DNA of 62,559 nucleotides, the filler included, from Vannella sp. (taxonomy: Eukaryota): the NCBI GenBank assembly GCA_023345925.1. It is 6 parts of 6 records of this genome, joined end to end, with 100 filler letters (N's around TTAATTAATTAA, not from the genome) between each part and the next. Parts side by side here need not be neighbours in the genome. Positions count along the whole stretch, not along the records: positions 45,236 to 50,482 come from JAJQQN010001176.1; positions 50,583 to 58,823 come from JAJQQN010000701.1; 4 more parts are not named here. One strand, written 5' to 3'. Below are positions 45,897 through 55,389 of this stretch, piece after piece. Below the pieces are notes generated by a model. That model was not told the DNA's origin, searched no databases, and was given only the letters and a program-made list of their open reading frames with translations. Both the position numbers and the translations under genes were made by a program. Position 1 is the first letter of the stretch. Every line of letters starts with the position of its first letter.

Positions 45897-48896
45897 TTAG
45901 ACGGCTTTGAGCGCGTTCTTGTTGAACTTTTGGATGCCAGAGAGAAGCGCTCCTCGTCCAGCAGAAGTGGAAGCGCTCATGATGGGAAGTCCAGCGGGTG
46001 GGGGAGGTGGAGGAGGTCCTGCAGAAGCTGGCGGTGGGGGAGGTGGTGCTTCAGCGTTCGGTGCTGGCTGTGCTGCATGGGGACTCTGAGGAGTATCTTC
46101 TGGATTGGAGAAAGTCTGAGACTTTCTAACATCCGCACGCGGAGAAACGTACGAATCAAAGTCAAAGGCGGAAGCATCAGGCTCCTTATCAAGAGAGATA
46201 GACCGATTGGGAGTCATCTCTCTATGCTGAGATATAGAATAGGAACCTGACTTCATCGAGTCAGTAGAGTGAGTCGGCTGAACTCCCTTTTCTAAAGAAA
46301 TAGAGTGAACGACCTCAGCTGCAGGTGCCTTATCCAGAGAAATGGAATGCGTTACTGGTGCCTTATCCAGGGAAATTGAGTTCGAGCTCACTTCAGGTGT
46401 CTTATCCAGAGAAATGGAATGCGTTACTGGTGCCTTATCCAGGGAAATGGAATGGGTCACTGGAGCCTTTTCCAGGGAAATAGAGTGCGCTGGTGTCTTT
46501 TCCAAAGATATGGAATGCGAAGGCAAGCTCCTCTGTTCGAACGAAAAGTCAATCTCTTCTGGAGAGAGGAGTGGCTTGTCAACGAATGGTTCCGCAATAG
46601 TTTGGAGTAAGTTCTCAGGAACTAAGGCCAATGGCATGGCGGAAGTCATCAAATCGCCCTGAATCTCTTCAAAGCGAGGATGAGGAGTTCCATTCTTGTG
46701 TCGATTGACGGCCAGTAAGCCGATTATCTCAGTGAGAACCTCCTGCATCAGAGTGGGCTTGCCTTTGGGCAGATTGTTCAAGGCATAGGACAAATCCATC
46801 CACGGGTAACCCAAACGATGAAGAGAAGTGCACTTCTTGACGCTCATGAGGATAGCTTGGTACCCAGGAAGAAGGATCTTGTTGTTGTCACATTCAATAG
46901 ACATTAAGGCGCATTCTGACCGAATGAGCTTCGCAATAGCAGCTCCTCCAATATCAGAGAGCTTGTTATTAGCGACGTTAAGCTCCAACAGGCTTTGATT
47001 GCCCCGCAATCCTTCCAAGAAGGGGAGAAGCACCGAGTTGGGAAACCCTTTTGCAAGAGAAAGCTTTTTGATTCCACTCTGAGCCTGAATGAGCTCATTA
47101 AGAGCCGTAGCTACAGCTAAACCCTGTGAAGCAGTCACATCAACCTTGGATCGATCCAAATACAAAGTGTCCAAGACACTATCTCTGGCTCCCTTCAACG
47201 CTTTGCAGAGGGCAATCAAATGAGATTCTCCAAGTTTGCAGTGAGACAAGTCCAGTGTGTGAACGATAGGATAAGTTGTAAAGGATTGGGTCAACGGATG
47301 AATTGCCTTCTGAATGGTGGGATGCCCTTTGAAGCTCAAAGTCACCGAGTAAAGACTTCGATTGTTGCTAATGGCAGAGCAAATGCTGCTTATCCATGTG
47401 GGCTGCAGACCACAGTAGGAAACATCAAGAGCTCTCAAATAATTGCTTGTCTCTAACATGGCGCAAAGAAGCTGAGTGCTTCCTGCGTTGAGAGGGTTGT
47501 TGGAAATGTCGAGTTCTTCCAGTTTGGTAATGAGGTGAAGAGGGCGAATGCCCAGGGCCAAATTCAACTGGCATTTGCTCAAGACGAGGCGCTTTAACTT
47601 GCAATGAGGAGCAACGCAGAGCAAGAACTTTTGCAGACTTTCGCTTCCTTCTTCCTCAAAGCGGTTATCAGAGAGGTTCAGCTCTTCCAGAGTCAGTGAC
47701 ATTGCCAGGTTCTTCATCAAGCCATTCTCAAACAGGTATGTGAGCGATTTAGGGCCCAATCGGCATCCTGAAAGCTCCAAACGACGCAAACCATTCTGTA
47801 ATGATCCCAGTGCAAGAGCTAAAGGTCCAATAGCGCGCCCGATATTCAATTGAGAGAGGCAAAGGTCAGTGATGACGTTCTGAGGGTTCATTTGCAGGGC
47901 AGTGCCTAGCCGGGCAAACTCTTTCGGGTCACAATCGATCTCTCGTACAACCAATCGGGTCAAATGATGTGATATCTGAAGGAGATTACAAACTTCTGTC
48001 ATGATGGTCTTACTCTTGACGCGTTGGACGACCAGGGAGCGAAAGTAAGAGTTCCATGCCAATGCTAGGAAGAAGGGCTTCATGTTGAAGGTCATTGTGG
48101 AGTCAGTGTCAATGCCAGGGCAATCCTGGAGGTCAATCTCGAGCTTCTTGGCAAAGTAAAGCTCTTCCACGAACTCATTGATGGTGTCGGAAGGCTTCTC
48201 CTTCATTGCTGCGCAAAGGGCAGAGTAATAGTGGAAGAAAGCACCTGCCACAGGCTGAGTAGCACTGCTATACTCCAATTCCAACAGTTGGTCACCTTCC
48301 CCTTTCAATTGGATGTCCAGCTTGACTCCTGAACCAATCGTGAGGTCGCGGTGAGACTCCCTCACGGCTTTGATGATCTCCTGCGCGAAAGGAGTCTCGT
48401 AGAAGAGACAGCGCTTCTTTCCAATGACCGCACCAAACTCCAATTGCAGGACGTTCGCTCTAGAGGTAATGCTAGCGAGGTCGATGATGTGACACTTCTT
48501 CATGAGCAGATCCGTTCCGCTTCCACGCTCTAGGCCCATGAGGAAGCGCTTGCCAACAATAAGAGTGCCTTTCTTGCGTGTCTTGCCTTCCGTATGAATG
48601 ACGAGGTAAGCAGCGCGCTCTGTGTCTTGGTATCGTTTGACAGCTTCGTTGAGGAGACGTTGTTCGGCTTCTGTGATGATTTGCAGGCGACTGAAGCATC
48701 CAAAGCAAGCACGCTGAAGCTTGTCGTAGCCCTTGACAGAGACCTCCTCGTCCGAACACGCAGCGCAAAAGATACGCCCGCAAACACGGCAATGGTGCTT
48801 CCTCGAGAACACTGAAAAGTCTGCCAGGCATGCCCGGCATTGCTTCACATCTTTGTCTTTCTCATACTTGGCCGAGTTGCTCTCTGCACCCGCCAT
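45897..48896 (-). CDS. FYVE - CARMIL-type PH/LRR - repeat region - polyPro - WH2 protein, intronless
   Basis: FYVE C..C..FSVFSRKHHCRVCGRIFC..C; LAWNSYFRSL and RNI-type LRRs; C-terminal PPPPPP and WH2 GRGALLSGIQKFNKNALKAV. Confidence 0.8.
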   Translation of the reverse strand: MAGAESNSAKYEKDKDVKQCRACLADFSVFSRKHHCRVCGRIFCAACSDEEVSVKGYDKLQRACFGCFSRLQIITEAEQRLLNEAVKRYQDTERAAYLVIHTEGKTRKKGTLIVGKRFLMGLERGSGTDLLMKKCHIIDLASITSRANVLQLEFGAVIGKKRCLFYETPFAQEIIKAVRESHRDLTIGSGVKLDIQLKGEGDQLLELEYSSATQPVAGAFFHYYSALCAAMKEKPSDTINEFVEELYFAKKLEIDLQDCPGIDTDSTMTFNMKPFFLALAWNSYFRSLVVQRVKSKTIMTEVCNLLQISHHLTRLVVREIDCDPKEFARLGTALQMNPQNVITDLCLSQLNIGRAIGPLALALGSLQNGLRRLELSGCRLGPKSLTYLFENGLMKNLAMSLTLEELNLSDNRFEEEGSESLQKFLLCVAPHCKLKRLVLSKCQLNLALGIRPLHLITKLEELDISNNPLNAGSTQLLCAMLETSNYLRALDVSYCGLQPTWISSICSAISNNRSLYSVTLSFKGHPTIQKAIHPLTQSFTTYPIVHTLDLSHCKLGESHLIALCKALKGARDSVLDTLYLDRSKVDVTASQGLAVATALNELIQAQSGIKKLSLAKGFPNSVLLPFLEGLRGNQSLLELNVANNKLSDIGGAAIAKLIRSECALMSIECDNNKILLPGYQAILMSVKKCTSLHRLGYPWMDLSYALNNLPKGKPTLMQEVLTEIIGLLAVNRHKNGTPHPRFEEIQGDLMTSAMPLALVPENLLQTIAEPFVDKPLLSPEEIDFSFEQRSLPSHSISLEKTPAHSISLEKAPVTHSISLDKAPVTHSISLDKTPEVSSNSISLDKAPVTHSISLDKAPAAEVVHSISLEKGVQPTHSTDSMKSGSYSISQHREMTPNRSISLDKEPDASAFDFDSYVSPRADVRKSQTFSNPEDTPQSPHAAQPAPNAEAPPPPPPASAGPPPPPPPAGLPIMSASTSAGRGALLSGIQKFNKNALKAV

Positions 48897-49094
48897 GGCC
48901 TTCCGCTTCCCTTCAAATGCCTTTCGTCCGACAAAGAACGAAACTTCGGCTCCGAAAAAGAAGGAGAATTTTCGGCCATCCCATAATCTTCTGCGGGCTT
49001 TTATTCAATCGATCAGACCCAAATTTCGGAATGATGTAGCAAATGACCGAATAAACATTGCAAGCAATGGCTGTATTAATTGGCATTCATTGGA

Positions 49095-50162
49095 ATGCCC
49101 TTCGGAGTTCACACGCTCCTCCTCTCTCTCGAAGGGGGCCTTTTCGCTTTTGGGGCCAACAAAGACGGCCAACTCGGTCTCGGTCACAATGATTTCCAAC
49201 AGCAACCTGTGGAGGTTCCCTGGAATGGCCCGCAGCCGGTTCAGGTGGACTGGGGAAGCGAACACTCCCTCGTGCTTGATACGGAGGGCGGTGTGTGGGA
49301 GGCTGGTCACTCTCGGTCTACTCCTCCATCCCTAACTTTCCAGAGAGTCACAGAATTGCCTTGCATCGCTTTGGTGGCTGCTGGCGCATCTCACAGCGCA
49401 GCTATCGACATCGAAGGAGGCCTTTGGGTGTGGACGAGCAAAGATGATCTCCCTTGGGCGAGTTCTTTCCCTAAACGAGTGGAAGGCTTCCCTCTGCTCC
49501 TCAACGTGGCTTGCGGCCTCAACTATCTCGTGGCAGAGGCCGAAGAAGGCCTCTGGGTGTTGGGTGACAATTCTCAAGGGCAACTGGGCCTCGGCCTCAC
49601 CAACAGCGCTCTCCAGCCGACCCTCTTCCAAGTAAAGCAACACTCTGAGGGCCCTTTCCGATGCCTGGCTGCCCACTACCAAGGAGTGATTCTCGTCGAC
49701 TCTCAAGGAGGCGTCTTCTCCTCTGGGGGCAACTTCAATGGGCAACTGGGACGCTCTTCTGAAGGTTCGTATGATTCCAAGCTTCAGAGAATCAGCAGCA
49801 TCCCTCCCATGCTTGCGGTATCCTGCGGATGCAATCACACTCTCTCTCTGGATGAGAGCGGGGGCGTCTGGACCTGGGGGCAAGGTGGATGGGGGCAATT
49901 GGGGACAGGTAATACTTTCGATCTGAACCAACCCACTCTGGTACCATCATTGAAAGGAATAAGCGCCCTGGTTGCGGGCGGGTACCACTCTTTGGCGTTC
50001 CCACAGGAAGGTGGCCTGCTGGTCTTCGGATACAACTACTTCGGGCAACTCGGACTCAACCACACGAAGTTCAATCAAGTCACTCCCACGCTCTGTCCTG
50101 TCCAGCCCGCTCTCCCTCTTCCATTTACTTGCAGAAGAAACAAGAGTGCCCGCTTCCTTTAA
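49095..50162 (+). CDS. RCC1-repeat beta-propeller protein
   Basis: Repeated FGANKDGQLGLG / GDNSQGQLGLG / VSCGCNHTL / AGGYHSL. First blade may be incomplete. Confidence 0.88.
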   Translation: MPFGVHTLLLSLEGGLFAFGANKDGQLGLGHNDFQQQPVEVPWNGPQPVQVDWGSEHSLVLDTEGGVWEAGHSRSTPPSLTFQRVTELPCIALVAAGASHSAAIDIEGGLWVWTSKDDLPWASSFPKRVEGFPLLLNVACGLNYLVAEAEEGLWVLGDNSQGQLGLGLTNSALQPTLFQVKQHSEGPFRCLAAHYQGVILVDSQGGVFSSGGNFNGQLGRSSEGSYDSKLQRISSIPPMLAVSCGCNHTLSLDESGGVWTWGQGGWGQLGTGNTFDLNQPTLVPSLKGISALVAGGYHSLAFPQEGGLLVFGYNYFGQLGLNHTKFNQVTPTLCPVQPALPLPFTCRRNKSARFL

Positions 50163-50482
50163 TCCAAGAAAGGCTGTGTGGCATCATGTTTCCCAAATGA
50201 TAGGGAGAAGGCTACTGAAAGAGTTCGAAGAGCTTGTGGAAGGTTTTCGCGCCAGCAACGATCCTGTGGAAGGAAGCTTCGACTCAGAAGACTTCATTGT
50301 TGAGGTATATTCAAGAGTGGACTAGCTCTCGCATTTGGTTTGGAGGTCCCAAGCCCAAGAACCCCAGCGCAATTTCCATCACTTAAAACAAGGCCAGAAA
50401 CTCATACAAGAGAGCCAACGCGTGGTTGGGCAATTCGGGTGACACCGCTCGAAGAGCTCCATTTGGTCTTTGACCACATTCT

Positions 50483-50582
50483 NNNNNNNNNNNNNNNNNN
50501 NNNNNNNNNNNNNNNNNNNNNNNNNNTTAATTAATTAANNNNNNNNNNNNNNNNNNNNNNNNNNNNNNNNNNNNNNNNNNNN
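50483..50582. other. Artificial contig linker
   Basis: N44-TTAATTAATTAA-N44. Confidence 0.97.
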
Positions 50583-51856
50583 TGAAGCAAGTGATATGTT
50601 TCTCATCAATGGTTGACCACAGCAAGAACTGCGCGCGCCATTGCAGAACAGCCACCGAGTTACTTGTGACCACAAATACTCTCTTTTTCACAGTGCAAGC
50701 AGCCGTCACTCCCACAAGTGTCTTTCCGGCTCCACAAGGAAGAACAATCACTCCTGATCTCGCACGACCATTGCCAAACATCTTCGAGAGACTTTTCTCT
50801 TGATAATGACGCAACGTTGTGGAAGGCTTCAGATCAATGGGAATATCCGGATTTTTCTCGGACTTGTCATTTGCAAAGTCGTATTCCTCCAAAGCGGGCA
50901 AATTGCAAGCAATGCATTGTTGCTTCACAGATATGATCTCGTTAGGATTCACCTCAAAGCAGAAGTATTCCTGTGTTACAAAGCCGTCGTCGTCGTCGCC
51001 TGCCAGTCCGGAGGCTTCTGCTTCCTCTCCAGTTACTCCCACACCAATGGCCACTCGAAAGGAGCGAGACTTGATGAACCCAGTGTCTTGGTCACAGCCT
51101 AATGACTTGACCTGAAGGCCCTTGATGATAGGATTTTCCAGCAGCTTGATGAGCACTTTTGGATCCCGGGCTTCCAGAAAGTAGCGGGTTTGGCGGAGGA
51201 CCAAACTCACTTGACCGTACGACTCTGTAGTGGCAAGGATGTAGCAACGCACTTCTTTCGGAATGTCAACCTTTGAGATTCGGTCCAACACTTCAAGAAT
51301 GCTGGCTCCTGACAGACCCACAGAAACAGCAGCGTACAGGGAAAAGTCAGTGAGCTCGTACTCGTGCATGATGTGAAGGCGACTGATAGGATCTGCAATG
51401 GCAATGAGAAAGTCGTAGGCTTGCTTGTAGTAGGGGGAGAAGGTCTCAAGGTAGATGCGATTATCAGGTGTGATCCAAATGGCTCTCTGCTGGTGGTCTG
51501 GCTTGAGGGGCATGTGCAAGAAGTTGAAGTTCTTGCTTTCATTTCCCGCCTCGCCCAATCCAGAGAAAAGGCGGGTGGTCAGTTCGTCTTCTAGCGCTTC
51601 TCCCTCGTCTTCTTGCGCTTCTCCCTCGCCGTTTAGCGCCTCTCCCTCTCCTTCTAGCGCTTCTCCCTCGCCTTCTATCGCTTCTCCCTCGTCTTCTTGC
51701 GCTTCGCCCTCGTCTTCTAGCGCTTCGTCCTTGTCCACTATCACGTTCAGTCAGCAGAGTACCCATTGTTCCTGCAAAGACCCAGCCGCACTTACACTTC
51801 CCCTTCTTGCTCTTCGGTTCCGCCTCCCCCGAAAGGTTCCTCTTCCGCTTTGGCAT
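50583..51856 (-). CDS. ERCC3: TFIIH helicase XPB/Ssl2, 5' part (cut by linker)
   Basis: AYDFLIAIADPISR; SLYAAVSVGL; LRHYQEKSLSKMFGNGRARSGVIVLPCGAGKTLVG; first exon MPKRKRN..KSKK (NLS-like). Confidence 0.95.
51586..51730 (-). repeat. 21-bp coding tandem repeat (~7 copies, EDEGEAL-like) in the XPB N-terminus
   Basis: Peptide units EDEGEAQ/EDEGEAI/EGEGEAL/NGEGEAQ. Confidence 0.9.
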
Positions 51857-51949
51857 GTTTGCAGACCGAGGAGAGGAATAATGAATTCTATGACTACCAT
51901 ATTTGAGCCATGCAGACCGAGGAGAGGAAAACCCCCAAAAATCCGGTAG

Positions 51950-52105
51950 GCGCGACCATGAGGATGGCAACAAAATGGCGGCCGATGTCTTCCTCACATT
52001 CTCACTGAAAGTACCGAATCTCACTTGAGCTAGGTCCATTCCTGTCTCTTCCTTCACTTCTCGGCGTGCACACTCCACAAAAGGTCTCCCCAAACTCCAA
52101 ATGGC
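51950..52105 (-). pseudogene. Nudix hydrolase (NUDT15-like) fragment with two frameshifts
   Basis: GHLEFGETF [frameshift] VECARREVKEETGMDLAQVRF..EN [frameshift] EEDIGRHFVAILMVA; no intact start or N-terminus. Confidence 0.7.
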
Positions 52106-52359
52106 CTTCTGGTTGAGCAAAGGTGCCTGACATATCCTCTTTTTGGGTTGCAGAGAGTTTGGTTCGGTGGCAGAATTGAGAAAAGGAGGAGGCTGAGCAC
52201 GCTTATTCGTCCTCGTCCGATTGGTTGAGAAACGCCCATCGAAAACACAGATCATGTTCTCCACATGTCCATCTCGTCGAGTCCATCATCAGCTCAGTTC
52301 CTTCTCGAAGAACGGTTCGATGAGGTGGAGGAGTGTCTACGGAACCATCTGGATCAGGA

Positions 52360-52401
52360 GATAGATTTCCGAACTTGAAGCTTCAGGTTCGGAAATCTAT
52401 C
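52360..52401. repeat. Near-perfect 42-bp palindrome
   Basis: gatagatttccgaacttgaag|cttcaggttcggaaatctatc; one mismatch, centred on aagctt. Confidence 0.9.
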
Positions 52402-52774
52402 GCCTTCGTCCTTGAGTGGTTGCTCAAGGACAGCACGGCCCACAAGGGTGAAGTAAGGTAGAAATGTGGATCTCCACCTTGCGAGCATCAACCCTGGAAC
52501 ATCCCGGATCTTACTGGGATTCCTTTGATGGGTGTTCGCCGCTTCGGTTTTGGATGGTCCTTCGCTCTAATAGATAATGTTTGGCACCTTCCCATCCAGT
52601 TTCTGGCATCGGTATCTCAAGATCCGACTCTTTTACTAAGCTGTTAGCCTCAACAAATGTGAGCATTCCCTCAAGCGACTCCGTGAATCTCTCTGTGTGA
52701 TAAACGCTCACTCTGGGCACCAAAGAGTAAACAGAGAGAATCGGTTTTTGGCGAAAGATGATATGATTTAGATC

Positions 52775-52794
52775 AGGGTTTAGGGTTTAGGGTT
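52775..52794 (+). repeat. Interstitial telomere-like TTTAGGG repeat (telo-box-like)
   Basis: agggtttagggtttagggtt about 120 bp upstream of the PIG-B ATG. Confidence 0.55.
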
Positions 52795-52911
52795 AACTCA
52801 AAATCCCGTCAAGAGGAATTTATTTGCTGACCGAGCACTTCAAAACTGGCTTTCTCCATTTCATTAGTTCTACGTTCATCTCTTTTGAGCATTTCACCTT
52901 CTCCCACGCTA

Positions 52912-54678
52912 ATGGGGGAAGGGGCTCTTCGCTCTCGGTCGGGGAGACTGGTCGGGGGCTCTCCTGCCGGTGGAGTGGAGTCAGAGAAGCAGTTCTTTTC
53001 TTGGTCACGAGTTCTCAGGGAACTGATAGGGAGAGTGGGACTCTTTTGGGTGGCTGGGGCGGTGGCCTTGATTGTCCTCTACCGACTTCTGTGTGCTCGC
53101 CTGATCATCTCCTTCTTTGATCCTGACGAGTATTGGCAGGCAATGGAAGTCGCCCATCACATAAGCTTTGGCTACGGCCACCTCACATGGGAATGGACGC
53201 AACATATCCGCAGTTATCTCCACCCTCTGTTGTTCGCTCTTCCCTACTCCTTCCTCTATCACACAGGCTTGGACTCTCCTTGGGCAGTTCAATGGTCGCC
53301 CAGGTTCTTACAAGCGCTGATGCTTTCTGCACAAGACTGCTGCGTGTATCTTCTTGCTCTTCGCATGTTCGCGGGTCCCAATCAGCATTCGATAGCGCGG
53401 TGGGCTCTCATTCTTGACCTTTGTCTTTGGTTCAATGCGTATTGTGGTGTTCGAACCTACTCCAACTGCGCAGAGACGTTCTTAATCCTCCTTGGACTTC
53501 TCTTTTGGCCCTTTCCCAGCGCGGCCAACTCATCACAACCCCTCCCTCAGCAAGGTACCCTTCCTGTCTGTACCAAACACATCGCATTCTCTATCTTCTT
53601 TGCAGGATTCTCCGTGGCTATCCGGCCCACAGCAGCTATCTTTTGGGCCATTCTGTCGCTCCTCTTCTTAGTGAAGCGCACAGAATACTCTCGGACCGTC
53701 TTCTTCCAGATCTTCTTCGTTGCTGGACTCTTCTGGGTCTCTGTGTTAGTCTTAAGTGATCGCGTGATGTATGGCGCTTGGGTGTTTGTCCCTTGGCAGT
53801 TTGTTCAATTCAATGTCCTTCGAGGAGTGGGCAGTTACTATGGAACGCACCCTCTCCACTGGTATGTGAGCAATGCACTTGGCGTAGTTCTATTCACTAC
53901 ACTCCCTCTGGTCCTCTGGGGCTGCTATGGCGTAGTCTCTCCACTTATAGGAAAGAAGTTCCCTTTTCCACTCAACCGCGGAATGGTCACCCTCCTGATG
54001 ACTTCCTTCCTATTCATAGCCGCCTTTAGTTGTCTTGGGCACAAGGAATTCCGGTTCCTTTACCCGATTGTGCCAACGTTCATGGTTCTGGGAGGATTTG
54101 GAACTCACTTGCTACTCACTTCCAAGTCACCTCTTTCTCTGAAGGTCCCCCGCTCTTGGAGAAGCGCAGCAATTGCTATTCTCCTACTTGCGAACATACC
54201 AATGGGACTGTACTTTGCTCAAATGCACCAAGTCGGCACCATCCGGGCAGTGGAAGAGCTCCAACGTGACTTGTCAGTTGAGAGTGTCTTCTTCCTGCTC
54301 CCCTGCCATCAGGCGCCTTACTATAGCTTCATCCACCGTAATATCAGCTTAGACTTTCCCGATTGCTCTCCACCTGTGGGGAAAGACCCCTCGTTAGAGG
54401 GCTACCGAACGGAGAACTCTGAGTTTCTGCAACATCCTCTTGTCTTCTTCGAACAGATGTTTGACCCAGCAGGGATCAGACCCTCGTGGCTACGCGCTAA
54501 CAGGGCCAACTGGCCCCTCGCTCTCCCCTCACACCTTGTCACGTACGAGAACATTGTGAACGTGAACAAGCTTCTGCCTATCTTAGAGAAGAAGGGGTTC
54601 CGCGTTTGCCATCGGTTCTTCCACTCCTTGACTCCTTTAGATGAGATCCAAAGTGATGTCCTCATCTTCTGTCGATAA
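52912..54678 (+). CDS. PIGB: GPI mannosyltransferase 3 (PIG-B/Gpi10, GT22), intronless
   Basis: FDPDEYWQAMEVAH..GYGHLTWEW..IRSYLHP; RTYSNCAE; YYGTHPLHWY; HKEFRFL; LPCHQAPYYS. Confidence 0.93.
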   Translation: MGEGALRSRSGRLVGGSPAGGVESEKQFFSWSRVLRELIGRVGLFWVAGAVALIVLYRLLCARLIISFFDPDEYWQAMEVAHHISFGYGHLTWEWTQHIRSYLHPLLFALPYSFLYHTGLDSPWAVQWSPRFLQALMLSAQDCCVYLLALRMFAGPNQHSIARWALILDLCLWFNAYCGVRTYSNCAETFLILLGLLFWPFPSAANSSQPLPQQGTLPVCTKHIAFSIFFAGFSVAIRPTAAIFWAILSLLFLVKRTEYSRTVFFQIFFVAGLFWVSVLVLSDRVMYGAWVFVPWQFVQFNVLRGVGSYYGTHPLHWYVSNALGVVLFTTLPLVLWGCYGVVSPLIGKKFPFPLNRGMVTLLMTSFLFIAAFSCLGHKEFRFLYPIVPTFMVLGGFGTHLLLTSKSPLSLKVPRSWRSAAIAILLLANIPMGLYFAQMHQVGTIRAVEELQRDLSVESVFFLLPCHQAPYYSFIHRNISLDFPDCSPPVGKDPSLEGYRTENSEFLQHPLVFFEQMFDPAGIRPSWLRANRANWPLALPSHLVTYENIVNVNKLLPILEKKGFRVCHRFFHSLTPLDEIQSDVLIFCR

Positions 54679-54790
54679 AGCCCAATCACGTCCCGTGGGC
54701 TGCCTACGCACGTATCCAGTGTTCTTACTCGGTGTCTTGTTGTCGTTTATCGAGTTGAGGTGAAAGTGAAGCAGTTCAGTGTCAGTCCCG

Positions 54791-55309
54791 TTACATGCGC
54801 CAAGTCATGCGGTCATGGTCCTCCTCCATGATCTCGAAGATGTAAGGAGAGAGGTAGTTCTTGTCATCCTCAGCGGTTGTCCATTCCTCTTTGGGGAGCT
54901 GAGCTTTGTTGGCAGTCCACAGAACACAAGCTATGCCCCGCGAAAATCGTTAATAATACAGTACTTGCTTTCGCATTGTGTTGAGTGCCGTAGTAGCAAG
55001 CACTCACCTCTCTTGATGCGGCGATCGCGCAGTTCCCTCTCTCGAAGAGGCAGGCGTGCTAAGGCGCGCTGGACAACGTTGTTTTGTACAACCAAGTCTT
55101 GATAACGGAGACCTATCAAAACATCTGTAAGAGACCGCCCTACCAACCATGCCCAAGCTAAGAACTGACGTACCATACTTCCAGTGTCCGAGGTTCGACA
55201 GGCGGGTAGCCCTCTTCGCCTGAGGTCCGAGGAACTTCGAGAGCACACGGAAGGTCAAGAGAGAACCAACAGAGGTCCAAATGTGGGGTAACACTGGGTT
55301 GAAGGGCAT
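54791..55309 (-). CDS. QCR7: Cytochrome bc1 complex subunit 7 (QCR7/UQCRB), 3 exons
   Basis: KY|GLRYQDL..VQRALARLP..RDRRIKR|A..LPKEEWT..EDDKNYLSPYI. Confidence 0.85.
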
Positions 55310-55389
55310 GGCGGCGAGCAAATGGAAAATGAAGCTCGCAAACCCAGTCTATTTTGAAGAGCTCTGGAATTAAAAATCGTCATTTTTTT

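Noticed and set aside
51539..52264. 241-aa ORF joining a Nudix box to RRRGRSA repeats
   Set aside because: Chance read-through of the Nudix pseudogene, XPB exon 1 and an alternative frame of the 21-bp repeat.
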